Shown here piece after piece: positions 41,720-53,177 of a DNA stretch of 64,000 nucleotides; the stretch's first letter is position 1; every line of letters begins with the position of its first letter. The DNA is taken from positions 89,900,001 through 89,964,000 of the forward strand of contig OZ024747.1 in assembly GCA_964016885.1 (NCBI GenBank), given 5' to 3'. Position numbers and translations under genes: made by a program. Origin of the DNA: Eledone cirrhosa. Its lineage: Eukaryota. The notes under the pieces were generated by a model. The model was not told the origin of the DNA and did no database searches. It was given only the letters and a program-made list of their open reading frames with translations.

Positions 41720-42320
41720 AGCACAGATAGACCGTCGTGGCTCCAGAACTGAAAACTGCCGAGAGTGAATGGGGAAAGGTGGAGAGAGAATTGGTGCAGA
41801 CTATTATATCCTCTATATGTTTGGTTCATTTCATTTTGTGCATATATGAAGGAGGGCCTTCTGCGGTACATCATGATACCAGAGATCTTGATCCTTTGTC
41901 ATCTCCTTTGTGTGGTTTAATTGGGTAAGGTCAGCTTTTATTACTTCATTCTGAGCTTTCCTAGATCTTCTTCCATAGTTTCTGATGACTTTGACTGCCC
42001 TGCTCCTTTTTATACAGCTGTCATCTTCGATATGCATCACATGTCCAATTCCAAACCATCACAATCTCCTCTCCTGTACATTGCATCTGACCCCTCATAT
42101 GATTAGTTTCTCTCTCAGTTCATTTATGTTTTCTTGTTCATACACTGTACTATATGACACATCTATCAGAGCATGCAAGCTTCATTTCTTTCCAAGCTTC
42201 ATTTCTTCGTAGGTCCTCTGCACAGATTGCCCAGGTCTCACTTCCATGCAGCATTGCTCTTCATATTCATACAGAAGTTTCATACAGTTTGCCTTTCATA
42301 TTCATACACAAGCTTTCATG
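41720..42320 (-). mobile_element. Decayed RTE LINE 3' region
   Basis: MMHIEDDSCIKRSRAVKVIRNYGRRSRK resembles the RTE C-terminal GHV...GRP region. Confidence 0.55.
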
Positions 42321-42479
42321 TTAATGGAATAACAGAAGTAAGAAGTAATTATAATGTTATACCAAATACATACAAACACATATGTATCTATAGATTTATA
42401 CACACACATACATGGGCATTGAGAGAGTTAGGTGAAGAGGAATGATCAGTCATTCATCAAAGATGAATGAAGAAGGATG

Positions 42480-43035
42480 GTAACAGTTACAAGTTTGAAG
42501 TGAAAGGCATAGTTGGTATGGAGGTGTTGGCTTGAAGTGTAAATGAGAGTTTAGTATGGGAGATTCAAGATCTAAGATGTGTGTTAATGAGAAAGTGAAT
42601 GTCACTTAAACTAAAAGGGGAGGTGTATACTGTATATGTGAAAAGTGCCATGATTTATGGTAGTGAAACATGGGTGATGAATATAGAGCAGCAGAGAAGG
42701 CTGGAAAGAGCAGAAATGGGAATGGTTTAGTGGATGAGTGGGGTATCACTGAGAGAGAGGAAGCAAACAATGAATTGCCAAAGATGACAGGAATAGAACA
42801 AATAATAGGAGATGTGAAGAGAAATGAAATGAAATAGTTAGATAATGTGTCAAGGAAAGATGAAGGTGCCTGGGTGAAAGGAGTGATGGAAATGAATGTG
42901 GTAAGGTAAAAACCAAGAAAGACATTGCTAAGGATGATGGGGGAGCAAATAAAAAAGAATTTATAAGGAAATAAGCAGATGATAGGGTAAAATGGATACT
43001 TTCCATGGGGCCCCTTCTATCGTAGAGAAAATGGC
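42480..43035 (+). mobile_element. Decayed RTE LINE ORF C-terminus
   Basis: SLKLKGEVYTVYVKSAMIYGSETWVMNIEQQRRLERAEMGMV*WMSGVSLRER. Confidence 0.75.
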
Positions 43036-43054
43036 ATTTGAACGTTTGTGTTAT

Positions 43055-43136
<82 letters not shown>

Positions 43137-45473
43137 ATATATATATAACTAGTTAGCCATGTATGGTCACTCAAGGAGGCAGGCATGATCTTATCCATTA
43201 AATGGAAAATCCTCAAGTAGGTCCACAGATTGTACATCGATGAAAGATCAAATATCTTACAAAGGTTAACATAAGAATACTTGCCTTAACATAGGAGCTG
43301 AATTTTTTCCAACACTGTCCCTATGCCACAAAACTTTTGTTACGTAACTGAAAGGACCCAGCATAACTAGATGATTGACGATAATCCGGGCTAAACTATT
43401 ACTAGCTATCGTTCTTCAAAAGCTATCTTCTTTACAACAGTCTAATTAGAGTTATCACTGCTATTACGGAAATGAAAACTGACCTCTTCTTTGCAGAATC
43501 CATCCAGTTCACAAATACTTGCATTCACACCACAAATATCCATAAGTTGACAATCTTCTTTAGGTGAAACGCATGTTCTCAAGTATGCTTTGGTAATTGT
43601 TGTGGAATCAAACTTGTCCTTTGGACTGAGTGCTCTACCAACTTTGGATATAACCTTCAGATTTTTCACTACACTATATATATACAGAGAGAGAGAGAGG
43701 GAGAGATCACATTATATTGAGTTTCAAATAGATGACATTAGAGAGCAACATACATTGTGCTATTCTCTACATGCACCCATGCCAGCATGAAACCTCATAT
43801 ATTTAAAGGTTGGTCGTGGTGTTAGTGATGATGGTGGGTTTTGATGGTAGTGATGATGACGATGTCGGACATGATTTAATATATTCTTCAATCTGCTTTT
43901 CAATTTCTTAACATACAAGTTACTATAGAGATCCTAATTTCTTTAGGTGACAAAATCTTCCCTTTGATATAATCTATATGATGTTGAATAGAGGCACAGC
44001 AACATGTCTAATGGCGGGAACTTTAGATCAAATAGATAGTCTTTCTAATGGAACAATTCAACCTCACATTCAATTTAAACAAGTTTCTTTCATTAGATAT
44101 TTCATTTAGCTTTTAGTTTTGTTTATATACATTTTTGTTTTATTTTATTATAGTTATTAATTATTGAAATTATTATGATGTGTCACTACTACTAGTTTTG
44201 ATACAGAAAAAAACCCAGCAAATTTTAATTTTAAATAACCAAACTTTTATTGAAAATTCTTGAAATTTATTCATATCTACTGACATAGAATATGGTCTTA
44301 TTGTTGAATTCAATTTTAGAAACATTTAAAACCACATTTTAGTAGAAGAGGCCTAGTAAAGACAGACTGCTGAAATGAGAATAACCAATGCAGAATATCA
44401 GAGGTCTGCTAGTAAAGATGAACTGTGAAGAAGCATACTATAAACATTATAGACTAAAAAATAAAATAGTCACAGTTGAAAAAGCAATTACACTTGGATG
44501 CTGGAAGTGATGAAATTAGCTTAGAGAGTGAAAACACCCACAGGGAAAAAAATAAATCCAAATTTGAAATTATTTTGCAAATGGTGATTACTTTTAAGTA
44601 GAAATAGAAATTGTTGCTTAGTCTAATGTTTTCCATTTTCGTTTTTTTTTTTTGGTTTTTTGGTTTTTTTTCTTTTATCATTATTATTATTTTATTCTGA
44701 ATAAGTTAATTTTCTTTCTCTTGTCAGTTCCAAGTGCGCTGGAGCAATCAAAAATGCGTAGTTGATATTACTGAAGACTGTATGATATTACAAATAGAAA
44801 CCGTTTAATAAACATGTGACCAATCACTGACAGAAAATTGCCAACTTTGTAATGAAAAGCAAATTAAAATTACCTATATGAGAAAAGGAGTCTGGATAAA
44901 TTTATATGATTTATCAATGTTTTAGTTTAATGGAAAGCTTAATGGTTTTGCAATATATTAAGGTGGCGTATTGTGATAAAAATGGGAATATTTCCTGGCA
45001 GTAAACTTGATATGCATATTGCTGGAACTGAACCGAATTATTGTGGAGACATATTAGTTTGAGATTGATGATGGTAGTGGGTGAAGGAATAACAAACAGA
45101 ACATGGCTGATAAATTATTTGCCATCAAAATGTTATTTACCAGTAAATAACTCATGTAAACAGCTAATAGAGCTTATATTTCAATCCAAGAAGTATTATA
45201 GGGCTGAACAAATTATACAAAGCAGAGTGAAAACATTTAAGAATGTAAGATCTAATCTAGTGGCTATTAAATGGTGGAATGGGTTTAAATGTATTGATAA
45301 GTGGCATAAAATTGGAGAAAACCTACTTCTAAACAAAACAATTGCCTTCAAGTAACAAGGAAGTCATGTGGGTTGGAGATGATTAAATTTGAATTCAAAT
45401 ATTGAAAGAATTTTTATTTTTTAAACATTTGAGATTGTAGGATTATAGCTACAATGATAGAAACTTTAATCTA

Positions 45474-45537
<64 letters not shown>

Positions 45538-45907
45538 GTAGTAGCAGTAGTAATAATAATATCGATGATGATGATGATGATGATCAAAAAGTAAATGACA
45601 AAAAACTGAATAGAATGCAAAATAGTAAAATAAGGTTTAAGCATAAACTAAAATTTGTTAATGGAATGGAATGTTTTCTTTTTTAGAAAATAGAAAATAA
45701 GGGAATAACTATAGACTATTGATTTCATTTTGCTCTTTTAACTGACTTCTTTACAGGAAATCCTTCTGCAAATGACCTTGCAGTTTAACTCACATCTTGT
45801 ATTCAATAGTTCTTCAGGTGTTAATAGTTTTGTTTTAAGTAAAGGAAGATCCAATTGAAAATCTGCAATATCTAGCTGCTCATTCTAGTTTCAGTAAGTC
45901 TAGTTTT

Positions 45908-46532
45908 GATGGTGATGATGATGTTCGTGATAGTGATGGTGGTGATGATGATAGTGATGATGATGTTCGTGATAGTGACGGTGGTGATGATGATAGTGAT
46001 GATGATGTTCGTGATAGTGATGGTGGTGGTGATGATGATGATGGTGGTGATGTTCGGGATAGTGATGGTGGTGGTGATGATAGTGATGATGATGTTCGTG
46101 ATAGTGACGGTGGTGATGATGATAGTGATGATGATGTTCGTGATAGTGATGGTGGTGGTGATGATGATGATGGTGGTGGTGATGATAGTGATGATGATGT
46201 TCGGGATAGTGACGATGGTGATGATGATAGTGATGATGATGTTCGGGATAGTGACGATGGTGATGATGATAGTGATGATGATGTTCGGGATAGTGATGGT
46301 GGTGATGATGATGATGGTGGTGATGGTGATGATGATGATAGTGGTGATGGTGATGATGATGATGATGATGGTGATAGTGGTGGCAATGCTGAGGATGATG
46401 ATGAGAATGATGATGAGGATGATGGTGATGAAAATGATGATAGAAATTATGATGATGATTATGAGGAGGATGAGAAGAAGAAGGGGCAGAAGGAGGAGGT
46501 GTAATTGTGGTGATGGTGGTGGTGGTGGTGGT
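45908..46532. repeat. (GAT/GGT)n low-complexity array with 33/36-bp higher-order units
   Basis: Recurring GATGTTCG(T/G)GATAGTGA units. Confidence 0.9.
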
Positions 46533-46722
46533 TAGGAAGAAGTTAGTGATAATAATAGACATTTCTAATATAGGCAATAAGCTAAACATTTTAGGGAGGG
46601 ATTAGTAATTTAAATGATGTTATTCGTGTTGGAAATGAGAAATGAGAATGAAATGCTCAACATTAAGGGATCACTTAAGAAACTGTAGTCATTTTATTGT
46701 TGTCTGGCTTAGTCTTAATCAC

Positions 46723-46771
<49 letters not shown>

Positions 46772-49675
46772 GTCCAACACCATCATCCTCATCATCATCA
46801 TCATCATAATCACCATCATCACAAGGCCAGTGCATTACTGGTGCTTTATTTTATAGACCCCGTAAGGATGAAAGGCAAAGTTAACCTCTGCGGCATTTGA
46901 ACTCAGAATGGAAAGGGCCGTAACTCTATGCGTCAAAGCATGACGTCCGACCCTCTACCAATACTGCCAATCCACCTCACTTTTTAACATAATGATCATC
47001 ATCATTTCTATCATCATCATATCCATCATCATCATCATCATCATCAACTTTTAACACCGTGATTATCATCATCATCATCATCAACTTTTAACAGCATCAT
47101 TATCATCATCATCATCATCATCATCAATGTCGTCGTCATCATGATCATCATTCTCATCATCAGTATTTACCATCTAATGAGATGGGTTACATTGTGAGGC
47201 AAGACCAGTCAGGTGAGCCCATATCTTGTTCATATGTTTTGTTATAAAATTTTTCTGATCCCTTGTTTTTTAATAGACCCAACACTACATTATTTAATGT
47301 ATTATTTTTTTTTTTTTTAAATTTGTCCGGTGTTGTTTGAGGAAGATTTGGATGCTATTTCCTGTAGATTAAATAACCACATAGTCATATAGTGAACTTG
47401 ATCTGTGTTTATAGATAGGTTGAGATGAATGGCATATGCTGGGGAAGAGTTAACTATGTTTAGAATTAAAACAAGGTGTATTGTGGAATATGTGTACATA
47501 TATATTGGAGATATAAGGTCTATTATGGATTGTTTATCATGTGTCTATGAAAGATATACATACACACCAGGTCTGAACACAAAGGAACCAAACTACCACT
47601 GTCATTGCCTCTGTCTCTCCCACTCTCACTATCTCTCACTATTATGAGCAAATGGGATCCTACTCACTGGCTGCCCCACGGCCCCGACCTAGAGGATGGT
47701 GAGGGAGATGTGCTGGAAGAGCCATTCCAGCTCACAGAAAAGGGAAGCACCGATAAGCGAATTGGCAAGTTACTAATTAATTGGTCTTGCCTTATTGACC
47801 GATATTGGTTAATTGGCTGACAATTATCTATAATGAAGTACTTATAGAAAAGAACTGAAACACATGTTTGAGGTAGGTTTTTTCTCTGAAGACATTCTGC
47901 TGTCCAGCTCTCCTGTGAATAGTATTGGTTTATGACTCCCTTTTTTACTACATGAAAAAGTATTATCCTCTATAAAATATAAAGTTCACCACATTTCAAC
48001 ATAGATTCTGCTGCTAGTAATTCTCTTAGGCATCACAATATGGAAGCTAGCTTGATGATGGAGAGGATCAACAACATATGACATGCTAACCATTGTTCTG
48101 CTCTTGTATTCACTTCTATATCAGATTTTATCAAATTTTGTCATCAATTAAGACTAGTTTTAAAGCTACATACAATTTTCTCTGGTGGATCATGTTAAAC
48201 AGCTTCAACATATCAAATTCCAGCTTTGTTACATTGACATTATTGAAGTTGAATCATTGAAAACACTTTCCATTTTACCAGATAAATCATTATTTCCACA
48301 GTCCTCATTATGATAGAGATTGATTGTTAGCTTGAAATTGATACAAGCTCCATCCAAAAGATTATACCCTAATCTTTTGGTTTCTTTTCACCACATTTTC
48401 AGTATAAGATTTAGTTGCTAAAAGAAGGGAGATGCAATCAAATACACCCTCAAGATATTGAGACCTGTTGCCAAAAGTCAACAAATATTTACAATAAATT
48501 CAATCAGCAAAGTGATGAATGTCAATCCAGGAGGCAATAGAGACCCAGGAAGACCAAAAGGACTTGGGTCGAGGATGTCCATCGGGATCAAGCTAGGCTT
48601 GGCCTGACCCAAGTGAGACCAGTGGACAGAAACTCAAGCAGCAGGATGATAAGGAGAGCTGTCAGGCAGGACCCAATCCTACTTAGGGATTAATTGTGCC
48701 CTGCATGATCAAAGATTGGATGATGATGAAGAACTTTCTCACAGAAGGGAAATAAATGAACCATGTCTATGATGTCAATGAATGTTCTAGCAATGTTTAC
48801 AGATTTTAGGTATTTAAACTTTCTTCAACTGAATATGTTTATTATAGAGAATGTAATTTTATATTTATGTTTGATTATAGACATAACGATGTTTCATAGA
48901 GTTTAAAAAGAGTATAAAATAATCTAATGAAGCTAGTTTTAAAATGACAGCAAAGAAAACATGCAGATAGCCAAAATTAAGATGGAAATATACACAACTT
49001 TTCTCTTTGGCCACTGTAAGTTCAATCAAGTTAAAATGAGACGAGGTAGTGTCTATGCAGTTTCTCAGTCTACTAGATATAGCAGCCAAAGCTCACACTT
49101 GAATATATAATTGTTTCTGATTTAAGAACAAGGCCAACAATTTTGGCAAAGAGGAAAGTCGATTAAACTCCCCCAGTGCATTACCAGTACTTTATTTTAT
49201 TGACCCTGTAAGGATGAAAGGCAAAGCTAACCTTGACGAGATTTGAACTCAGAATGTAATAGGCCATAACTCTATACTGTAAAGCATGTTGTCTGACATT
49301 CTGCTGATACTACCAATCCACTAACATAACTCCAGGATACATTATATCTGAAAACAAGACTAGATGGTCAGAAATAGAGTGTCTTTCAGGATATACTTGT
49401 TATACTTGTTATATCCAGAGTTGTCCTGATACTAAATAACAATAATTAAGTTAAAATTTAAAGTGAATGAGATTATTAGAATTCTTAAGGTAGTGGATTG
49501 GCAGAATTGGTAGAGTGTCAGATAAAATGACATTCTGGTTCTTTACATTCTGAGTTCAAATCCCTCCAGGGTCAACTGTATCATTCACCATTCTGAGATT
49601 GATAAAATAATGTACCAGTTAAATACTGGGGTGATATAATCAACTTTGGCCTTCCCAAAATTTGTTGGTCTAGAG

Positions 49676-49994
49676 CAGAGGAGTGCAGCATATTCCATTG
49701 GTGGGCCACTTTTGAACATTGGAACAACTATTAGGGCCATTAATATTTATTAAGCACTATTCCAGAGATTCACCACAGCTTCTTTCCATAACATGGAACA
49801 GGGAAATTATAACACACATAACCCTATCAGTGAAGCCCTTTAGTATAGGTCAACTAACAGAAAATTGTATTACGGTTACAAAAAAATTTCTAAATATGCC
49901 TACAAGGTGAAAATTAAAAACTGTCATTGCGAGCCACTCTGACTGGTCAGGCAGGCCAGATTGTGGTCCGTCGGCCACCTGTTGCATGCCACTG
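49676..49994 (+). mobile_element. hAT (Charlie-like) MITE inserted in an S1 SINE
   Basis: Imperfect TIR CAGAGGAGTGCAGCA/TGTTGCATGCCACTG; TSD GTCTAGAG/CTCTAGGG resembles the NTCTAGAN target; SINE continues on both sides. Confidence 0.7.
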
Positions 49995-51057
49995 CTCTAG
50001 GGCCTATGTCAGAAATCATTGAGTTCTTAGAAACACAAACATAAACTTTAAAGGAGAGGTTTGAAAGCAGATAGCATCAGTAATGGAATTGCTACTGCTT
50101 TCTTTTATTCTCATTTCTCTCTTCAAGATTAAGCTTTCTCAAATTTATATTGCTTCAAATAAGTCTACATAGAAATTTAAGCCATTGCATCCATCCTAGC
50201 AGATAGTCTTCTCCTCAACCCCCACCCTATGATAGGGTGGATTTAACTGCTAGATTGCAAAAAGAAATAATATTGGACAGGAAATGAATTCAGAAATTTT
50301 AGTAAAATTTCTTAATTCTTGCTTTCTCCACTTGTCTTTATTGTATTACAATATTCTAATTTTCCCTGCAAAATCTCATATTTAAGAGAAAAAATTATCT
50401 TTATTCTTTCAGTATCTTTAATAAGATTCCATTGCTTGCGTAACAGATTAAGGAAGAAATCAATATTTTTAATGATTTAAACTGAATTTCAAGGTAGAAG
50501 AAAAAAAAAAAAAGAAATATTAATATCACAATGAGGATGTAATCAAAATATCTTTATTTTACTCACATTTTTGTTAGAATTCATTATTAAAGTCTTATAG
50601 ATTTTTTAAATGTTACTTGCTAACCTTTTCTCATTTCTTTCTAGTTGAACATATTAGACAATTCAAAAGTTCACTATTATATAAAAACAAAACATAATAC
50701 TGTGCTTCATTTCTCAACAACATACAAAATTATTCATTAAGCTATAAACCTAAGGAATTCCAGTGGAGACCATTATTCAAGTTTTGAATAAATCTATCTG
50801 ACTTTTAAGTCAGCTGCATATTTTATAAGTTTTCATATATAAAACTGTGAAATTATTTAATGTTAAACACAATCCAACAACGTCTTCTAACTTAAACTCA
50901 CTTAAACTTGAAAAAAAATTATATAAATTAGTTTTATCTCAACTCTTTAATATTTTTAGAAATTAAAATAATATGTCAATTCACTCATTTATTTAACATT
51001 AAAGAATATCAAGGGACTCTACAGGAGCTATTAAAGGTATATACAGTAATTACAGAC

Positions 51058-51345
51058 AGCGAATTGGCAGAGTCATTAGAACATTGTATAGAATGCATTA
51101 TGGTATTCATTCTGCTCTCGGAGTTCAAATCCCGACAAGGTCAACTATGCTTTTTATCCTTTCAACGTTGATAAAAAAAGTACCAGTCTAGTACTGGGGT
51201 AAATTATTATTCTATATCTCATTCTTAATTCCTCCCTCTCACTTTCTATCTTTCTCTGGAAGAAATCTGCTGTACTCAGGCGTGGCTCCGCAGTATGTGA
51301 ATATATCATCCCTACGACTCTATCAAGTGTTATTGGACCATACCA
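51058..51345 (+). mobile_element. S1-related SINE with a distinct 3' tail
   Basis: Same tail (CTCTCACTTTCTATCTTTCTCTGGAAGAAATCT...GTACTCAGGC...GGACCATAC) in the copy at 57745-58075(-). Confidence 0.65.
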
Positions 51346-51954
51346 TCACAGTAATTACAGAGACAAAAGAAATGTTTGTCCTACATCCTGTATTTTTCTT
51401 ACTATGTTGACATCAAGTGGACAGCTGATCCAACAGAGCACATTTTCAATGTATGGTCCCAAACAACAATATCAGGCCAATTGTGCATTAATTTGGTGGC
51501 AGTTTTTCTTTTCAGGTTCTACCAGTATTCCTTAATGCCATCTATCTCAACATATTCCTCCGTTTACTTTTAATTTTGTTTTCCTAAGTGCATCCAGATG
51601 GTTCTAGCATCATGTCACATAGGGAAGTAGGAACGGGATGACATTCTTTCCCAGTTGGCAACAATGTGGCTAATATTTTTGATTTTTGTTTTACAAAGCC
51701 TAGATTTATTGTCGACTGAAGGCCCTCCTCTTTTGTGTAGCAGGTATTTGCGATTTCATGTTCCTGTATTGCATAGAGATATCCTTCAAGGTGGGATGTC
51801 GTATGTATGTATGTTCTTCCGGTTTCATAATTTTATAAATTTCGACCAATAGAGAGAGAGTCTGTTTCTAACATAGACACAAGACTCTTTCATTGGAAAT
51901 TAAACAACATCAACTAGGTAGATATGTCTGCATGTCTGCGTGTATGTACGTGTG

Positions 51955-51993
<39 letters not shown>

Positions 51994-52045
51994 GTATGGA
52001 TGTTATTGTATGTGTGGATCTGGATGTTTTGAGTTATATGTGCAT

Positions 52046-52183
52046 GTGCATATGTTTTGTATCTGTACAGAATTTTTGGAATGTTTTATATATTTTTACA
52101 GTTCCATTAATGGATTATACTTATGACTTTGTATGTATGTATGCATGTATTTACGTATATATATATATATATATATATATACG

Positions 52184-52235
<52 letters not shown>

Positions 52236-52362
52236 TATATAAAGGAAAAGAATCAGGACCCCGCCGGCTGAGCTCCGGCCGTTTCGACAGTTAGATCCAA
52301 ACAGTTTGGATCTAACTGTCGAAACGGCCGGAGCTCAGCCGGCGGGGTCCTGATTCTTTTCC

Positions 52363-52414
<52 letters not shown>

Positions 52415-52646
52415 CGTAAATATATATATATATATACATACGTATATATATATATATATATATATATACATACGTAAATACATGCATACATACATACAAA
52501 GTCATAAGTATAATCCATTAATGGAACTGTAAAAATATATAAAACATTCCAAAAATTCTGTACAGATACAAAACATATGCACTACCCTAAGTAATGAGTA
52601 CTCTGGTGAATTATGGTCCACCTAGTATCTTACCACACCCTATCTG
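52046..52646 (+). mobile_element. Penelope-like element (family P-D) forming a palindrome of about 537 bp plus a 3' tail
   Basis: 52046-52302 mirrors 52304-52582 around A52303; tail 52583-52646 shared with 27488-27550(-). Confidence 0.65.
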
Positions 52647-52647
52647 T

Positions 52648-52733
<86 letters not shown>

Positions 52734-52782
52734 AAATAAAGTTAAATAAAAGTCAAATGATTAAAATTTAGCTTCGTTTATT

Positions 52783-52837
52783 ACTGCTATATATATTTCA
52801 GTGACAGCCATCTTTGGCTGTGACCTCTTCAGGCAGT
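52783..52837 (-). ncRNA. Minimal type I hammerhead ribozyme (mirror copy)
   Basis: Exact reverse complement of 53123-53177. Confidence 0.8.
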
Positions 52838-53122
52838 TTGAATTAGTATGGTATAGACAAGTACATATGTTGTTTAGGGGTATAATATTGTCAATACTCT
52901 GATATGCCCAGTTCCTTGTTGGGTTGTTAATTCACTGAGGAACTGGAGTCATATGAATGAGAGGAGAAGGGGACCTTTGACACTGAAATTCGTTTGTTTG
53001 AATTCATATGACTCCAGTTCCTCAGTGAATTAACAAACCAACAAGGAACTGGGCATATCAGAGTATTGACAATATTATACCCCTAAACAACATATGTACT
53101 TGTCTATACCATACTAATTCAA

Positions 53123-53177
53123 ACTGCCTGAAGAGGTCACAGCCAAAGATGGCTGTCACTGAAATATATATAGCAGT
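53123..53177 (+). ncRNA. Minimal type I hammerhead ribozyme
   Basis: ACTGC-CTGAAGA-GGTCACAGCCA(AAGA)TGGCTGTCACT-GAAA-TATATA-TA-GCAGT; AUA site, cut after 53172. Confidence 0.85.

Noticed and set aside
45880-46589. His-rich or Ser/Pro-rich ORFs as a cephalopod histidine-rich structural protein
   Set aside because: Several frames are open only because of the (GAT/GGT)n composition; no Gly-His-Gly repeats, signal peptide or splice support
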